From the IMG/VR virus record IMGVR_UViG_3300037067_008519, positions 32,001 through 96,000 of that record: a stretch of 64,000 nucleotides of DNA; one strand, given 5' to 3'. Below are positions 18,057 to 29,800 of the stretch, in pieces. How positions within the stretch are numbered: the stretch's first letter is position 1; each line of letters starts with the position of its first letter. The position numbers were made by a program, and so were the translations under genes. Source of the DNA: a virus (taxonomy: Duplodnaviria; Caudoviricetes). Under the pieces are notes generated by a model. The model was not told the origin of the DNA and made no database searches. It was given only the letters and a program-made list of their open reading frames with translations.

Positions 18057-21000
18057 ATGGCCTTATGGCAGGATGTTGCTGAACTTATAATTAAATTAAA
18101 ATTAGACCCTGTTGATTACCGAAAGGCAATGCAGGGCATTGTTGGTTTGACTACTGGCACAGCAGGCAAAGAGCTTCCCGGCTTCGGTGATATTTCTTAT
18201 AGAAGTATAGCTAAAGTAAATACTGAATTAAGTAGAACTTCTAAACTTATTCAATCTCTTAGCCAAGGAACTCAAAAAGCATTTATGCCCGAACTTTGGC
18301 GGCAGCAGATTTACCAGACTAAGCAATACGGCGACCAACTTGTTATGCTTGAACAAGAGTCTTCTAAGGTTAGTGGTCGTATACGTTCTATGGTTCAGAC
18401 TTATCTTGATGTGGGCAAGAGTGTTGGTCAGGGAATTGACCCGGCTAAACAAAAAATAAATGAATTAATGCAGGCTTTTGGGGCTACTCGTTATGCTATT
18501 GCTAGAGGAATAGGATTAAAAGAGGCGTATGCCCCCGAGGTTCAGGCTATAGATAAACTTATTAGTAAATTTAAAACTTTACAAAATTATTCTCAAACCG
18601 GAGCGGAGTTTAGGAAAACCAGTAGAACTTCTGCTGGGATGGTTGGAGGATTATTAGAAAAAGTTCAAACCGGAAGAGGGAATCTTACTGAACAAGAAAT
18701 TTCTTTACTTCGTTCACAAGGGGCTAGAAACCTAAATGAATTTTCCCCTGCCGAATTTAAGGATTTAAAAAAGTTTGGTGCTTATCAGACTATTGGAAAT
18801 ATGGTTATCCCAGATTCAGCAATTTCTTCTTTGCAAAAATATAAAACTGAATTGAGTTCTTTAGGTAAAGTTGGATTTTTTCCTGCCGGAGCAAACGAAC
18901 AAATAAAAATAGCATTTTCTCAAATGGGTATTGGTTTAACGAAAGCTCAAAAAGACTATATTACACTAAACACACTTACTAGAGAACAACTCCAAATGAT
19001 AGAGCAATTAGGATATCAATATAATGCAAAACTTGGTCAATTCACTAAGGGTGGTAGTGTTGTTAGTAATCAGATAGTTGCTCAAGATTTAACTAAAATA
19101 CAAAGAAATATTCCCGGTCAACAACAACTACTGACGAGTGCTGCGGTAATGCAGAGTAGACAGGCTTTTCTTGGTTCTATGCTTCAATATTATAATGAGT
19201 TTAGAAAAGAAGCTGCGGGCGGGCAAGCTCCACAAAGATATGGTGAGCATGATGTAAAGGCCCGCGAGAGATTAAATCAATTAATGACTGATTCTGAAAA
19301 AAACTTACAAGGGCAAATTGATAAACAACAAACTATTGTTAATACAACCCAAAAAGGTACAGCCGAATATGAGAAACAAAATGGAAAATTAACACAGATG
19401 CAACGTAGTCTTCATTTTATGAAGCAAGGACACCAAGAAGTAAATGATATAATTAACAAAACTACCCAAGGTGCTGTGGGCATGTCGGGAGCTTTCGATA
19501 TGGCTCTTAGGCGTGTAGTGCTTTGGGGTTCTGCTTCTATGGCTATATATGGATCTTTTAGATTTATAAAATCTCTTATTACAGATATTCGTGACCTTGA
19601 TGCTGAATTTCAACAATTAAGAGGCATCTTATCTGGAACTGATGCGGATATGAGAGATTTAACTAATGCTGCTTTTTCTTTTGCTGAACAGTTTGGAAGA
19701 ACCCCTAAAGAAGTTGTTTCAACTATGACGGAGATAGCCAAAACAGGTAAAAATACCGCTGATGTATTAACTTTAACCGAAGTTGCTCTGATAGGAGCCA
19801 ATGCTGCTGGCCTTGATTTGGCAGATTCAGGTAAGACTTTAACTTCAGTAATGGACCAGTTTAATATGTCAACAAACGAGGCTATGCATATAATGGATTC
19901 TTGGACGGCACTTTCTAGACAGATGCGAGTCAATACTAAAGATTTAGAAACCGCTATGCAAGCAACAGGTGAAGGTGCCGAAGAAGTTGGTATGAGTTTT
20001 GATAAATATAGCGCTATGGTAGCTACTATATCAAAAGTAACTGGTCAAAGTGGTACAGCTATTGCGGCTACCTTTAAATCTATATTTGGTAGGTTAGAAC
20101 AACCTAAAACTATTGAACAGCTAGGAAAAATTGGAATTACTCCTTATCTGCCTTCTGGAGAATTAAAGAATTTTGGAGATTTACTTGATGAGATAGCATC
20201 AAAATGGGATACCCTCTCTAATACAGAACAAATGAATCTGTCTATAGCTATGGCTGAGAAACGTAGATATACTTCTCTGTTAGCTCTTTTAAATAATTAT
20301 TCTACTTATCAAAATGCTGTCAATATTAGTGTTAATTCTGCGGGGGAAGCCGCTAATAAAAATGCAATCATAATGGATTCTATCAGCAAGAGATGGGCTT
20401 CCTTTACTGCGGTATTTACTGATTTTAAAAATGTAATTGGTGGAGCAATAAAACCCTTATCTAGTGTGGTACTTCCCGCTTTACAGGCATTATTAGGGAT
20501 AGTTACTACTATTAGTAGAATACTTCCTGGTGGATTAGGAAAAGTTGCAATAGGATTTTTGGCCGTTGCTGCCGCTGGTAAATTGATGTTACGAGGATTA
20601 GGAATGGCTGGAGCCACAATGGGCGGGGAGCCTGGGGAAAAACTTGGATTTGGGCATTTATTTAATTGGGCTATGTATAAACCCCAAAAAGAAGGGGCTG
20701 GAGCAATAGGAGGACAAAAACTTGTTTTTGATGAAACAAGGGGGTGGATTGCGGCATCGGGGGGAACCACATCTTCTTATAGAGTTAGTCCAATAGAAAA
20801 ATATTTACGTCCTACAGCGACTTCTCAAGAAATAAGTAAATATCAAAGTAATCTCCTGTTAGGTGGGGTAAATCCAGAAGATACGATGGTCAGTCCTTTG
20901 AAAAAGGGTATTGCTTCGACTGCTGCTGCTTTAGAAGGGGCAAAGAAAACATTATCCCATCCATTTTCTTCTTTGAAAACATATTTTAAGAATAATTTTT

Positions 21001-24000
21001 CCGGTCTTGGGGAATCTATTGCCGGTAGTTTTAAATCTATTGGTGGTTTTATTAAAGCTAATATAGGAACTATAGTAATGGTTGGTGCCATGCTTTTGAT
21101 TGGTAAAATTACAAGCGCAATAGCCGAGCAGAAAAAAATACAAGAAGAAAATATTCAGGGTGTGAAAGACTTTTTCAAAAGCTACCAAGAAGATTTACAA
21201 AAAGTTATGCCTACCTATGAACCGTTGAAGGATACTCTTGATTTTATGCATGAACGTGAGGACAAGATAAATAGTCTTCTCAATGACCAAACAATAAGTA
21301 TGGAAAAAAAGATAGAATTACAAAAACAATTAGGTGCATTACAGCTTAATGAAGTAGCTACACAAAAACAAATAAGTGATGCTCTTAAAGATTTTTTGCA
21401 GGCGCATCCTATGGCCGGTGTTTATGGCGCAACTGGGGAGATTCAAGGGCTACAGCCGTGGGCAGAGAATATGTATCAGAAACCGTCAGAGCAGTTAGCG
21501 CAAACAGCCGATACGATGTTGATGAAATGGGATTTGTTTTTAAAATCTTTTGAGCAGGGAATGATAAATGGTCTTAATTGGGATAAATTACAAGTTAGTT
21601 ATGGGAAAGCCCCCGAACCCGGCATAGGTCTTGAAACATTAACTGGGGAAAGCGCAAAAGGATTAACGGGGTATATGCTTGGCGGTGATTTGGGGGCAAG
21701 GATGTTTTCTGCTCCTGAAGAAATCGCCGCTGTTAGAGAAATATTAACTGCTGTCGGAATGACCGAAGATGAATTATCAAAAATAGGAAAAGGCCCGGTA
21801 GATATTACTAAATATGTTCCAGATATAAAAAGACTTTTAGGAAACATAACTAGTGGAACTCAGTCTCTTACGGATTTACAAAATCAATTTGGTGGTTTTG
21901 TGAAAGTAGCTAAAGGGACAAAATTTGAAAAACAAATTGGAGCTACTGCCCAAGAAGCAGAAAAAAACTTCTTAAAATCTGGGAAGGCAAGTCCGATGGA
22001 GTGGTTACAATCTATAGACGAGTCTTTAGTAAGAGCATATCAAAAAGCCGATTTTCCCAATCAGCTTATAAGTTTTCTTCATAGAATGCAGACCACTACT
22101 TATAAATCATTGAGCGGAGAATGGAATGATGCTATAAACAAAGCTATGACAAGTGAAACATTTAAAGATACTTATAGCAACCTACCCTCTATTATGGGAC
22201 AAATTCCAGAGGCGGTTAAAACAATGCTTAGTGGCCCCTCAATGATTGGGCCTACTGGTAAACCCCTACAGGGGGGGAATTTAAGTATACTCTCTTCTGA
22301 ATTTAAAAACATGACAGATACATATAAAGTAGCACAAGATAGTATATCTGGAATTGGGGATATATCTGCTAAGATTTCTGATTCACTACAACAATACAAT
22401 GAGGCAAAAGATAATGTAGCTAACTTATACCAGCAGGGAACAGCTAGTCAAGACGAGATGCAACAGGCTTTAAATAGAGAAACACTTTTCCGTGAGCAAG
22501 TTAATAATCAATATGGAGAATTAGCAACTATTCAAATGACCGCTGTTCAAAATTTACAAGCAGCACAAGTTTCCTGGGAAAGAGTTAGACAAGAGTTACT
22601 GGCTTTAGTTCAAACATTTGGCTATTTAAATATGGGACAGATAGAACAGGTTATAAATCTTCCCGACGTTTTTGGCGGTGACATTGTAGGTCAGTTTACT
22701 GGTATGAGAAATAAAATTATGCAACAGCAAATGGGAGCAACTGATTTATTAGTTGGAAAAGCATTAAATAATGAAATTTCTCCTACTTGGGCGTATGGGT
22801 CAATAATTGACATGGCAACGGGTGTACAGCAGCAAGCACAAATGGAAGCAGACCAAGTTAATAAAGCTAATCAAGCTGCGGCCCAAGCCGAACAAAAAGC
22901 AAAACAAGCTGAGCAAGCTAGAATACAAAATATGGAAAAAATGTTAGACCATCTTAAAACTATGGACGAAATTACTTTAGTTCAATATAAAAGTGTACTA
23001 GAATATTTATTATCAGCGGCAAGTACGGAAGAAGAACGTATGGGGATTGAGGAAAAAATAAAATCTACTGAAAAAGAAATAGCGCAACAAAAATTATCCT
23101 ATGCAGATGAATGGATAAGCCACGAAGATGCTATGGGAAAAATGAATACTACACAAAAACTTGAATATTTGAAACAAAAACTAGCTATGGCTTCTAGCCG
23201 TTCAGATAGATGGAAAATTGAAGAAGACATTTATAAAACAGAAAAAGAAACAGTTGATAATCGTTTAGATGCGGCCCAAAAGTGGTTGGACCATCAGACG
23301 ACTATGGATAGTGTTACAAAAGAATCACAAATAAAAATACTCAAAAGAATACTTGAATGGACTAAGACAAAAGGGGATCAGTATGCTATTTGGGATGTAG
23401 AGGAAAAAATACATTCTCTTGAAAAAGATTTGAGTGGCGCGGCAGAAGAACTCCCCCAAGAAATAGTGAAAAGGGCTGCTGGGTTATCCGGTCCTATGAG
23501 AATTAGTCTTGAAGAATACAAAAGATTTTTAGGTGAAAGTTCTCCTATTAGTGAAACTAAAGATATGTTTCAAGAATTTCAAAAATATATGGAGGATTTC
23601 AACAATACCGGGCAGGGAAGTATAGGAACAATACAAAACTTGCAACTAGCTATAGATAATATGATAGCCTCGGACCAAACAGCAATATTTACTACTGGGC
23701 AGATAATTTCTATGATGAATAATTTTGCTGTTTCTCAGGCTGCTTTAACTGATATTACTTATGAAACGGTTACTGCCGAAGATATACTCATTTCTAGACA
23801 TGGTGATGTAATTACACAATTACAAACATGGATAGCGCAATTAGACCCCCTGAATAAAACTATGCAAGGTTCTGTTGATATTTTGAAAAGTGTTGGAGAT
23901 ATTATAAATGGAATAACCGATAATGAAGCAACTACATCTTTTTGGGATAGTATGAAGCAGGCTTTTATAACAATTGGTGATTATATAAAACAATGGAGAG

Positions 24001-24821
24001 AATCTGGTCAGACGGGTGTGCCAGGAATTAATGTTTCAGTAGGACACGGAATTGGTGGTTTTGGTATGGCCCCCGGTTTCGGTATGATGCCCTCATTAAT
24101 TAATGGTGGTCCTGGTGATATAGCTGCGGCGGCTGGGGCGTATGCGGCAGATGTGCAAGCACCCTATCATTATGGTTCTCACGGTCCAGGAAGTTGTTCG
24201 CATAATACAAGTCATGGTGTGCCTTTTGGTGGTGAATACAGCCACGAAGATAGGTCAAGGTATCCTGTTGGATGTTTTGATTGTTCTGGGTTAGTTCAAT
24301 GGGCTTGGGAGCAAGCTGGAGTTGGATTATCTGCCCCCTCTGGAAATCAGTTTGAAGCTTCTATAATAGCTCCTGTTGGTTCTTTTTTGGCAGATGCTCT
24401 TTTACGCCCCGGTGCTTTACTTTTTAAAGGTGATCCCTATAGTCATGTCGGAATGTACTATGGAAATAATAGAGTTGTTGAGGCTTCTAGTACAGGAAAT
24501 CCAGTTGAACTAAGAGATTATTTTGATTATAACAAATGGAAATGGGTCGGTTGGCCTAGACTACATGAAGGCGGTTATTCCCCCGATAAAGAAGGGTGGG
24601 CAATTCTAAAGAAAGAAGAACTTGTATTAGCTCCACCCGAAACTAAAGCATTTAGAGAAATGGTAGATAATGGTGGAACAGGGTTTACCTATGTAGACAA
24701 ATCTGAAACTAATATAAATGGTGCGGGACTCAGTGAAGAGCAAATACTCAATTTAATAAGGAAAGCTAATAATGAAAAGATAGCAAATATAGAACGTTCG
24801 TTTAAGGCGAGGTTGAGATAA
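18057..24821 (+). CDS. Tape measure protein with C-terminal NlpC/P60 peptidoglycan hydrolase
   Basis: 2254 aa, helical with a TP901-like core. 'FDCSGLVQWAW' and 'HVGMY' give the NlpC/P60 Cys/His. Confidence 0.9.
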   Translation: MALWQDVAELIIKLKLDPVDYRKAMQGIVGLTTGTAGKELPGFGDISYRSIAKVNTELSRTSKLIQSLSQGTQKAFMPELWRQQIYQTKQYGDQLVMLEQESSKVSGRIRSMVQTYLDVGKSVGQGIDPAKQKINELMQAFGATRYAIARGIGLKEAYAPEVQAIDKLISKFKTLQNYSQTGAEFRKTSRTSAGMVGGLLEKVQTGRGNLTEQEISLLRSQGARNLNEFSPAEFKDLKKFGAYQTIGNMVIPDSAISSLQKYKTELSSLGKVGFFPAGANEQIKIAFSQMGIGLTKAQKDYITLNTLTREQLQMIEQLGYQYNAKLGQFTKGGSVVSNQIVAQDLTKIQRNIPGQQQLLTSAAVMQSRQAFLGSMLQYYNEFRKEAAGGQAPQRYGEHDVKARERLNQLMTDSEKNLQGQIDKQQTIVNTTQKGTAEYEKQNGKLTQMQRSLHFMKQGHQEVNDIINKTTQGAVGMSGAFDMALRRVVLWGSASMAIYGSFRFIKSLITDIRDLDAEFQQLRGILSGTDADMRDLTNAAFSFAEQFGRTPKEVVSTMTEIAKTGKNTADVLTLTEVALIGANAAGLDLADSGKTLTSVMDQFNMSTNEAMHIMDSWTALSRQMRVNTKDLETAMQATGEGAEEVGMSFDKYSAMVATISKVTGQSGTAIAATFKSIFGRLEQPKTIEQLGKIGITPYLPSGELKNFGDLLDEIASKWDTLSNTEQMNLSIAMAEKRRYTSLLALLNNYSTYQNAVNISVNSAGEAANKNAIIMDSISKRWASFTAVFTDFKNVIGGAIKPLSSVVLPALQALLGIVTTISRILPGGLGKVAIGFLAVAAAGKLMLRGLGMAGATMGGEPGEKLGFGHLFNWAMYKPQKEGAGAIGGQKLVFDETRGWIAASGGTTSSYRVSPIEKYLRPTATSQEISKYQSNLLLGGVNPEDTMVSPLKKGIASTAAALEGAKKTLSHPFSSLKTYFKNNFSGLGESIAGSFKSIGGFIKANIGTIVMVGAMLLIGKITSAIAEQKKIQEENIQGVKDFFKSYQEDLQKVMPTYEPLKDTLDFMHEREDKINSLLNDQTISMEKKIELQKQLGALQLNEVATQKQISDALKDFLQAHPMAGVYGATGEIQGLQPWAENMYQKPSEQLAQTADTMLMKWDLFLKSFEQGMINGLNWDKLQVSYGKAPEPGIGLETLTGESAKGLTGYMLGGDLGARMFSAPEEIAAVREILTAVGMTEDELSKIGKGPVDITKYVPDIKRLLGNITSGTQSLTDLQNQFGGFVKVAKGTKFEKQIGATAQEAEKNFLKSGKASPMEWLQSIDESLVRAYQKADFPNQLISFLHRMQTTTYKSLSGEWNDAINKAMTSETFKDTYSNLPSIMGQIPEAVKTMLSGPSMIGPTGKPLQGGNLSILSSEFKNMTDTYKVAQDSISGIGDISAKISDSLQQYNEAKDNVANLYQQGTASQDEMQQALNRETLFREQVNNQYGELATIQMTAVQNLQAAQVSWERVRQELLALVQTFGYLNMGQIEQVINLPDVFGGDIVGQFTGMRNKIMQQQMGATDLLVGKALNNEISPTWAYGSIIDMATGVQQQAQMEADQVNKANQAAAQAEQKAKQAEQARIQNMEKMLDHLKTMDEITLVQYKSVLEYLLSAASTEEERMGIEEKIKSTEKEIAQQKLSYADEWISHEDAMGKMNTTQKLEYLKQKLAMASSRSDRWKIEEDIYKTEKETVDNRLDAAQKWLDHQTTMDSVTKESQIKILKRILEWTKTKGDQYAIWDVEEKIHSLEKDLSGAAEELPQEIVKRAAGLSGPMRISLEEYKRFLGESSPISETKDMFQEFQKYMEDFNNTGQGSIGTIQNLQLAIDNMIASDQTAIFTTGQIISMMNNFAVSQAALTDITYETVTAEDILISRHGDVITQLQTWIAQLDPLNKTMQGSVDILKSVGDIINGITDNEATTSFWDSMKQAFITIGDYIKQWRESGQTGVPGINVSVGHGIGGFGMAPGFGMMPSLINGGPGDIAAAAGAYAADVQAPYHYGSHGPGSCSHNTSHGVPFGGEYSHEDRSRYPVGCFDCSGLVQWAWEQAGVGLSAPSGNQFEASIIAPVGSFLADALLRPGALLFKGDPYSHVGMYYGNNRVVEASSTGNPVELRDYFDYNKWKWVGWPRLHEGGYSPDKEGWAILKKEELVLAPPETKAFREMVDNGGTGFTYVDKSETNINGAGLSEEQILNLIRKANNEKIANIERSFKARLR

Positions 24822-26339
24822 ATGGATTTAGAACTTAGTTATAATACACTTCCTGAATATCCTAATGGAGCAAATGGGTGGTATATATCCCCCACAGAGA
24901 TTTCACTTTATCCTAATAGTGGTTCAGATATAACTATATATTGGAATTGGAACACTAGTGGTTCTTATTATTCTTCGGGGGATATTCCTGCTGGTGTGCC
25001 CTATAATATAGGGTATCTGCCCTCGGGGGCTAATGTATTATATTGCCACGCTTTAAGTGATAATTATGATTTAGTTATGGATGGTACTACTCTTAATAAA
25101 GATTTAGTACACGATGTGGCAGCAACTACGACAGGCACTCCTTCTTCAGGTTCTTTGTTAGGGGTTGAGGCTCCTTATATATCTTCTGGAGGTTTTACTA
25201 GATTTTCTTATCCTAATAGTTCCATAGGGTTAGTCGCGGGAGAGCCTATTACTTGTATTTTTGCAGTAAATACTACATGGGCGGGTAATGATGGTGTTAC
25301 TCATTTTTTGTTTAATACAAACTATTCAGGCGACCACAACGGTATTAGGATAGTTAAATTTTCATCTAATTATCTTTCAGTACAGGTATATAGTGATGAT
25401 AGTATAAAACAAACATCTATAGCTGTTAACGGCACTAATTGGGCAGCCGGGGTTGACCATATAATAATAATCACTATTGATGAAGACAATAATCAACGAA
25501 TCTTTCTTGATGGGATAGAGCCAACCCCTGTACACAGCGGTTCATCTGGAAGAGAACTTGTTATGGGTTCGTGGGTTGATATAGGAACAAGCTGGGGATA
25601 TACGCAACGCACGGAAGGTTATATTCTTTGTGCCTTATATAATCGTATTTTGTCAGATACAGAAATAGAAGACTTATCTGGTATGACAGAATGGTTCCCC
25701 GGTTATCAAAAAACAGAAAACTATTCCTTTGTATTTAGATATGATGATGTATCTCCTACTTTTACCCTAACCGAGCCTTCGGGAACTACTTGGAGTGGAA
25801 GTATTACTGTTAGTGCTTCTGGTTCTGATGAACTATCGGGGGTTGCCCACACAGATATTTTTGTAGATGGCTGGTTAACCTATACTGAGATACTTGGAGA
25901 ATTGGAATATATCTTAGATACCACTAGATTTAAAGATGGAACACATAGTTTAGATGTATCTGTATATGATAGGGCTGGACATATTACTGCTAGTGGTATG
26001 AGTGGTATTATAGACAATTCTCCCCCCGTGATAAATTACACAGATTTTAGTCTAATAAGTGATAGTTCTTATAACGTTTCGGGCACTTCATATGATGTTT
26101 GTTCTAATGTAGAGAAAGTAGAATTTATTTATTATTCGTCCTCATCGGGGAGCGGAACTTGGCAGGAAGTAACTTATACCTCTGGTGAAAATACATCTTT
26201 TGCTTATTGGTACGCACCTTTAACTGGATTAGTGAATGAAGATTGGGTGTTACAATTTAGGGCCGAAGACACACTAGGGAATATAACTCCTTCCGGTACA
26301 TATCCTATGAAAGTTTTTACTGTGGAGGTTGATGAGTAA
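24822..26339 (+). CDS. Tail-associated protein with LamG-like and Ig-like domains
   Basis: 'LYNRILSDTEI' LamG end motif and 'DGTHSL...YDRAG' Big-like repeats. Confidence 0.6.
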   Translation: MDLELSYNTLPEYPNGANGWYISPTEISLYPNSGSDITIYWNWNTSGSYYSSGDIPAGVPYNIGYLPSGANVLYCHALSDNYDLVMDGTTLNKDLVHDVAATTTGTPSSGSLLGVEAPYISSGGFTRFSYPNSSIGLVAGEPITCIFAVNTTWAGNDGVTHFLFNTNYSGDHNGIRIVKFSSNYLSVQVYSDDSIKQTSIAVNGTNWAAGVDHIIIITIDEDNNQRIFLDGIEPTPVHSGSSGRELVMGSWVDIGTSWGYTQRTEGYILCALYNRILSDTEIEDLSGMTEWFPGYQKTENYSFVFRYDDVSPTFTLTEPSGTTWSGSITVSASGSDELSGVAHTDIFVDGWLTYTEILGELEYILDTTRFKDGTHSLDVSVYDRAGHITASGMSGIIDNSPPVINYTDFSLISDSSYNVSGTSYDVCSNVEKVEFIYYSSSSGSGTWQEVTYTSGENTSFAYWYAPLTGLVNEDWVLQFRAEDTLGNITPSGTYPMKVFTVEVDE

Positions 26340-26815
26340 TGGCTGTACCAGGAAAGCGGTTCATTCTAACAAATCTGGATGACCCAATAACTTATAAACA
26401 ATTAATCTTTGCGCCGTATAAAAATGACGGTTCCTATCTTATTCATAATCCTAAGTGGTCTATTGTTGATTACCCGATTTTGGGGGCTGCGAATCCTACA
26501 TCATACGAACCCAATAACAGAGAAGAACCTATAAAATCTAAAATAAGCATCAATGGATATAGAATAGCTGTGAGGTTTCCTTTAGCTCCTGAATCTAAAA
26601 AAATAAGCTGGGATAGGATAGGCCAACCATTTTATGAAGAATTAAAGAAGCGTTGTGATTCGGGCCATAGATATTTGTTAAGGGACCAAGATGGTAAGAC
26701 ATTGGTAGGACGTATTAAGGAATTCCAATTCTCAGCTATTGTTGCTACAGTCCCTACTCTGTTTACAGGCTCATTCGTACTTGAGGGAATAGGAAATTGG
26801 GAAAGCCCTCTCTAA
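26339..26815 (+). CDS. Distal-tail-like protein
   Basis: Size and position between TMP and hub genes. Confidence 0.4.
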   Translation: MAVPGKRFILTNLDDPITYKQLIFAPYKNDGSYLIHNPKWSIVDYPILGAANPTSYEPNNREEPIKSKISINGYRIAVRFPLAPESKKISWDRIGQPFYEELKKRCDSGHRYLLRDQDGKTLVGRIKEFQFSAIVATVPTLFTGSFVLEGIGNWESPL

Positions 26816-26826
26816 GGAGATAAAAG

Positions 26827-29800
26827 ATGTCAGTTTCAAAAACGATGCGGCAGGCAACGCCAATAATCACCCATAATTTAACATATTCCAATAATGAATA
26901 TACTCTACAACCTGATAATTCAGATGGGTATGTTGTTTTTGAATTATACCTACAGCGTGTAAAAGCGTGGCAAGATTTTAATTATACTGTGATTGCTGAT
27001 AATATTGATACTTTTGTTTCTTATAGCACACAATCTTCACATGATGGTGTTGCTTGGGGTTATTGGAATACCGGCTTTACTTGCCCCGCCGCCAAGTATC
27101 TCCGCATTAGGTTTGATTTAAGGACTACTGATGGGGATAAGACTTCCCGCCTACAAGATTTTGTACTAACTTTTGATGATAATATAGTTATAAACGAGGA
27201 AGAAGAATGGATTAAAACTACTCAAGGTGCTGCTACTGACGTGGATGCTAAGGTGGAAGTGGAATTGAAAAATCAATATTGGAGTGGGGCAACCGAATTA
27301 GACACAAGAATTAAATATCCTTTTAGCCCAATGGATGCAAGTTCAGAAATACAGGCTTTGGATTTTTTTAAAATAGATGACGATACGATACTAGCTCTTG
27401 TTCCTTTTGATAAATACCCCAATACAACAATAAATGGGAATTTTTATGGTTTGAAAGTGTATTCTTTTAATCCTAAAAGTGGAGCAATAAGTGGCATTAG
27501 TTCAGATGTTACCGGAATATACGGTGTTACTATCGGTCAACCAGCTAGAATAAATAAATACAAAGGAGAGAATGGAGATTACTGGGTAACTTTTGTGTCT
27601 GGATTAAAACTTATATCAGCAAAATCTACAGGTAATTGGAATTCTTGGTCACAAACTGTTATTTATGATGCAGAATCGAGATATGATGTTTCAAACCCAA
27701 CGGACATGAATCACTATCATATGTATCTTCTTACTAATGGGACAGAATGGAAATGCAGTTCTCAATTTGTGATTAATCCTACTTGGGAATCTGATGTAGG
27801 TACTGTAAGGATATTAGATTATAGTGGTTTTTATTATTTATCTAGAACAGACTATTCTCCAGGTATAAGGTTGGGAGATTTTATACAAAATGGGGATTCT
27901 GGTTGGTTTACCCTCAGTTTTGTTGGTAAGTCAATAACTCTAAAGGGGTCTGCCCGCACTACTTGTCATATTGATGCCTATAAATACAAAAATGGAGGAT
28001 GGGAGTGGGCCACAAGCAACCAATATCAATATGATGGCTCATTAGATGTTACGGTAGATTTTGGTAATTATAATACTCACATAGTTAAATTAGTAGTAAC
28101 TTCTAGTGGCCTAGCACAGACTGATACACTGTCTCCCATAACGGGTACGGATTATTTTACTACTTATATTTCTGATTTGCCTTGGTGGCAATGGAATTGG
28201 GGTCTTTCAAATTGGGATTTTCAAAAAGGAAATAATTGGCTTTATTTAGGAGCTAAACAGGATGTAATTTATAATAATGGTTGGCAGAGTGATTGGAAAT
28301 TAGATGTACATAATTTACCCCATCCCTACAATCTTTGCGGCATCTATAGAATTGAATATGATGTGGTTAGTGATGTTAGGTGGTGGGATTGGGAATTTCG
28401 TTGTTACACCGATTTTGGTTTTTGGTATTATGATACACATGATGATCCGTGGTGTGTAGTAGATAGGAGTAGTCATCATTATAATCAATATGTACAAGCA
28501 GAATGGGATGCACCCGGTTTTATTATAGGAGATCCCGTTTCTTTCATAGCATTTGGGTTGAGGTGGCACACTAACAATGGCATATGGACTTGTCGGCAAT
28601 TGCATCCCGATTGGGAACCCGCCCATGTGACCTTACAGAATATAAAAACTTATTTTAAACCTACACATCATTCCCCACCCTATAGATATAAATTTGAAAG
28701 TGCGGAAATAAATGCTGAATGGCAAGCCTCTTATGCCAAAAATACTGATTTGATTTTTAATGATGCATATATTTCTGTAGCTGGGGAGATGCGAAATACT
28801 GAATTTATTTCTGATGCCCTTTTAATAGGATATTGGGATGGGTATGGTAGTGCGGACGAAGCATTAAACAGCGCTAATCAAATTGATTTTAGTCTAGACC
28901 CTGCGCCGGGGGATATTGAAAATACTAAAATTTGGGTAAAATGGTTTTCAACTGATGTTGACTGCTACAATTTCAGAGAATTTCCTACATGGGATGGTGA
29001 ACCGGGACCAGAAAAATGTGTTGCTTGGATGATGGTTTATGTTTATAATCCCTCAGCAGGAGACTCTTCCTATATATTGAAATATGGTGTAGATGATGGT
29101 GTAAAAATTTATTCAGTAAAACCTGACGGTACTGTTACTTTAGAAGACACTCAAACAGGTGAGCGAGATATGCAACCAGACGAATTTCCGAATTGTGCAA
29201 TAACTTTAGGGGCTGGCTGGAATAAATTGTATTTTAAAGTTAGTAATGGTACTGGAACAGGTTGGCCTAATAGGTGGAGTATAAAGGCTAGAATAGTAGA
29301 TGCAAATGATAAATTACCCGATGGGATGATAATTAGTACAACGAAGTCAACAACAGGGGAAATTGCTTATATCTCACTTCAGTCCAAAGAAGATAAAGCC
29401 ATTGGCTACGATTTTACGGAAACTACAAATTCTAATACAATAGATAAATGGTCTAGAGTTCATACAATGGGTTCTATAAAAGAGGGAACTAAAAGTGGTT
29501 ATTCCTATAGTTCTCTTGAATATATTTGTCAAGATTATTATCCCCAATCTTCAGAAAAGGGAAATATAATGTATGTCCAATATGATATTAGAGCTAATAT
29601 TCCTGCTGATTGGCATGTTGAAATATATATGGATGCGGTATTAAAAACAGAATATGGTAGTGGATATTATAACCTTACAGATAGATTTGAAGTATCTAGT
29701 ACCGCCATTGGAGCCGGACATATCGGTTTTGCATTGAAATATTGGGGGGCAGGAACATCTTCTCCGGGAGACATAAGCCAATGTTATGTTGAAATTTTTA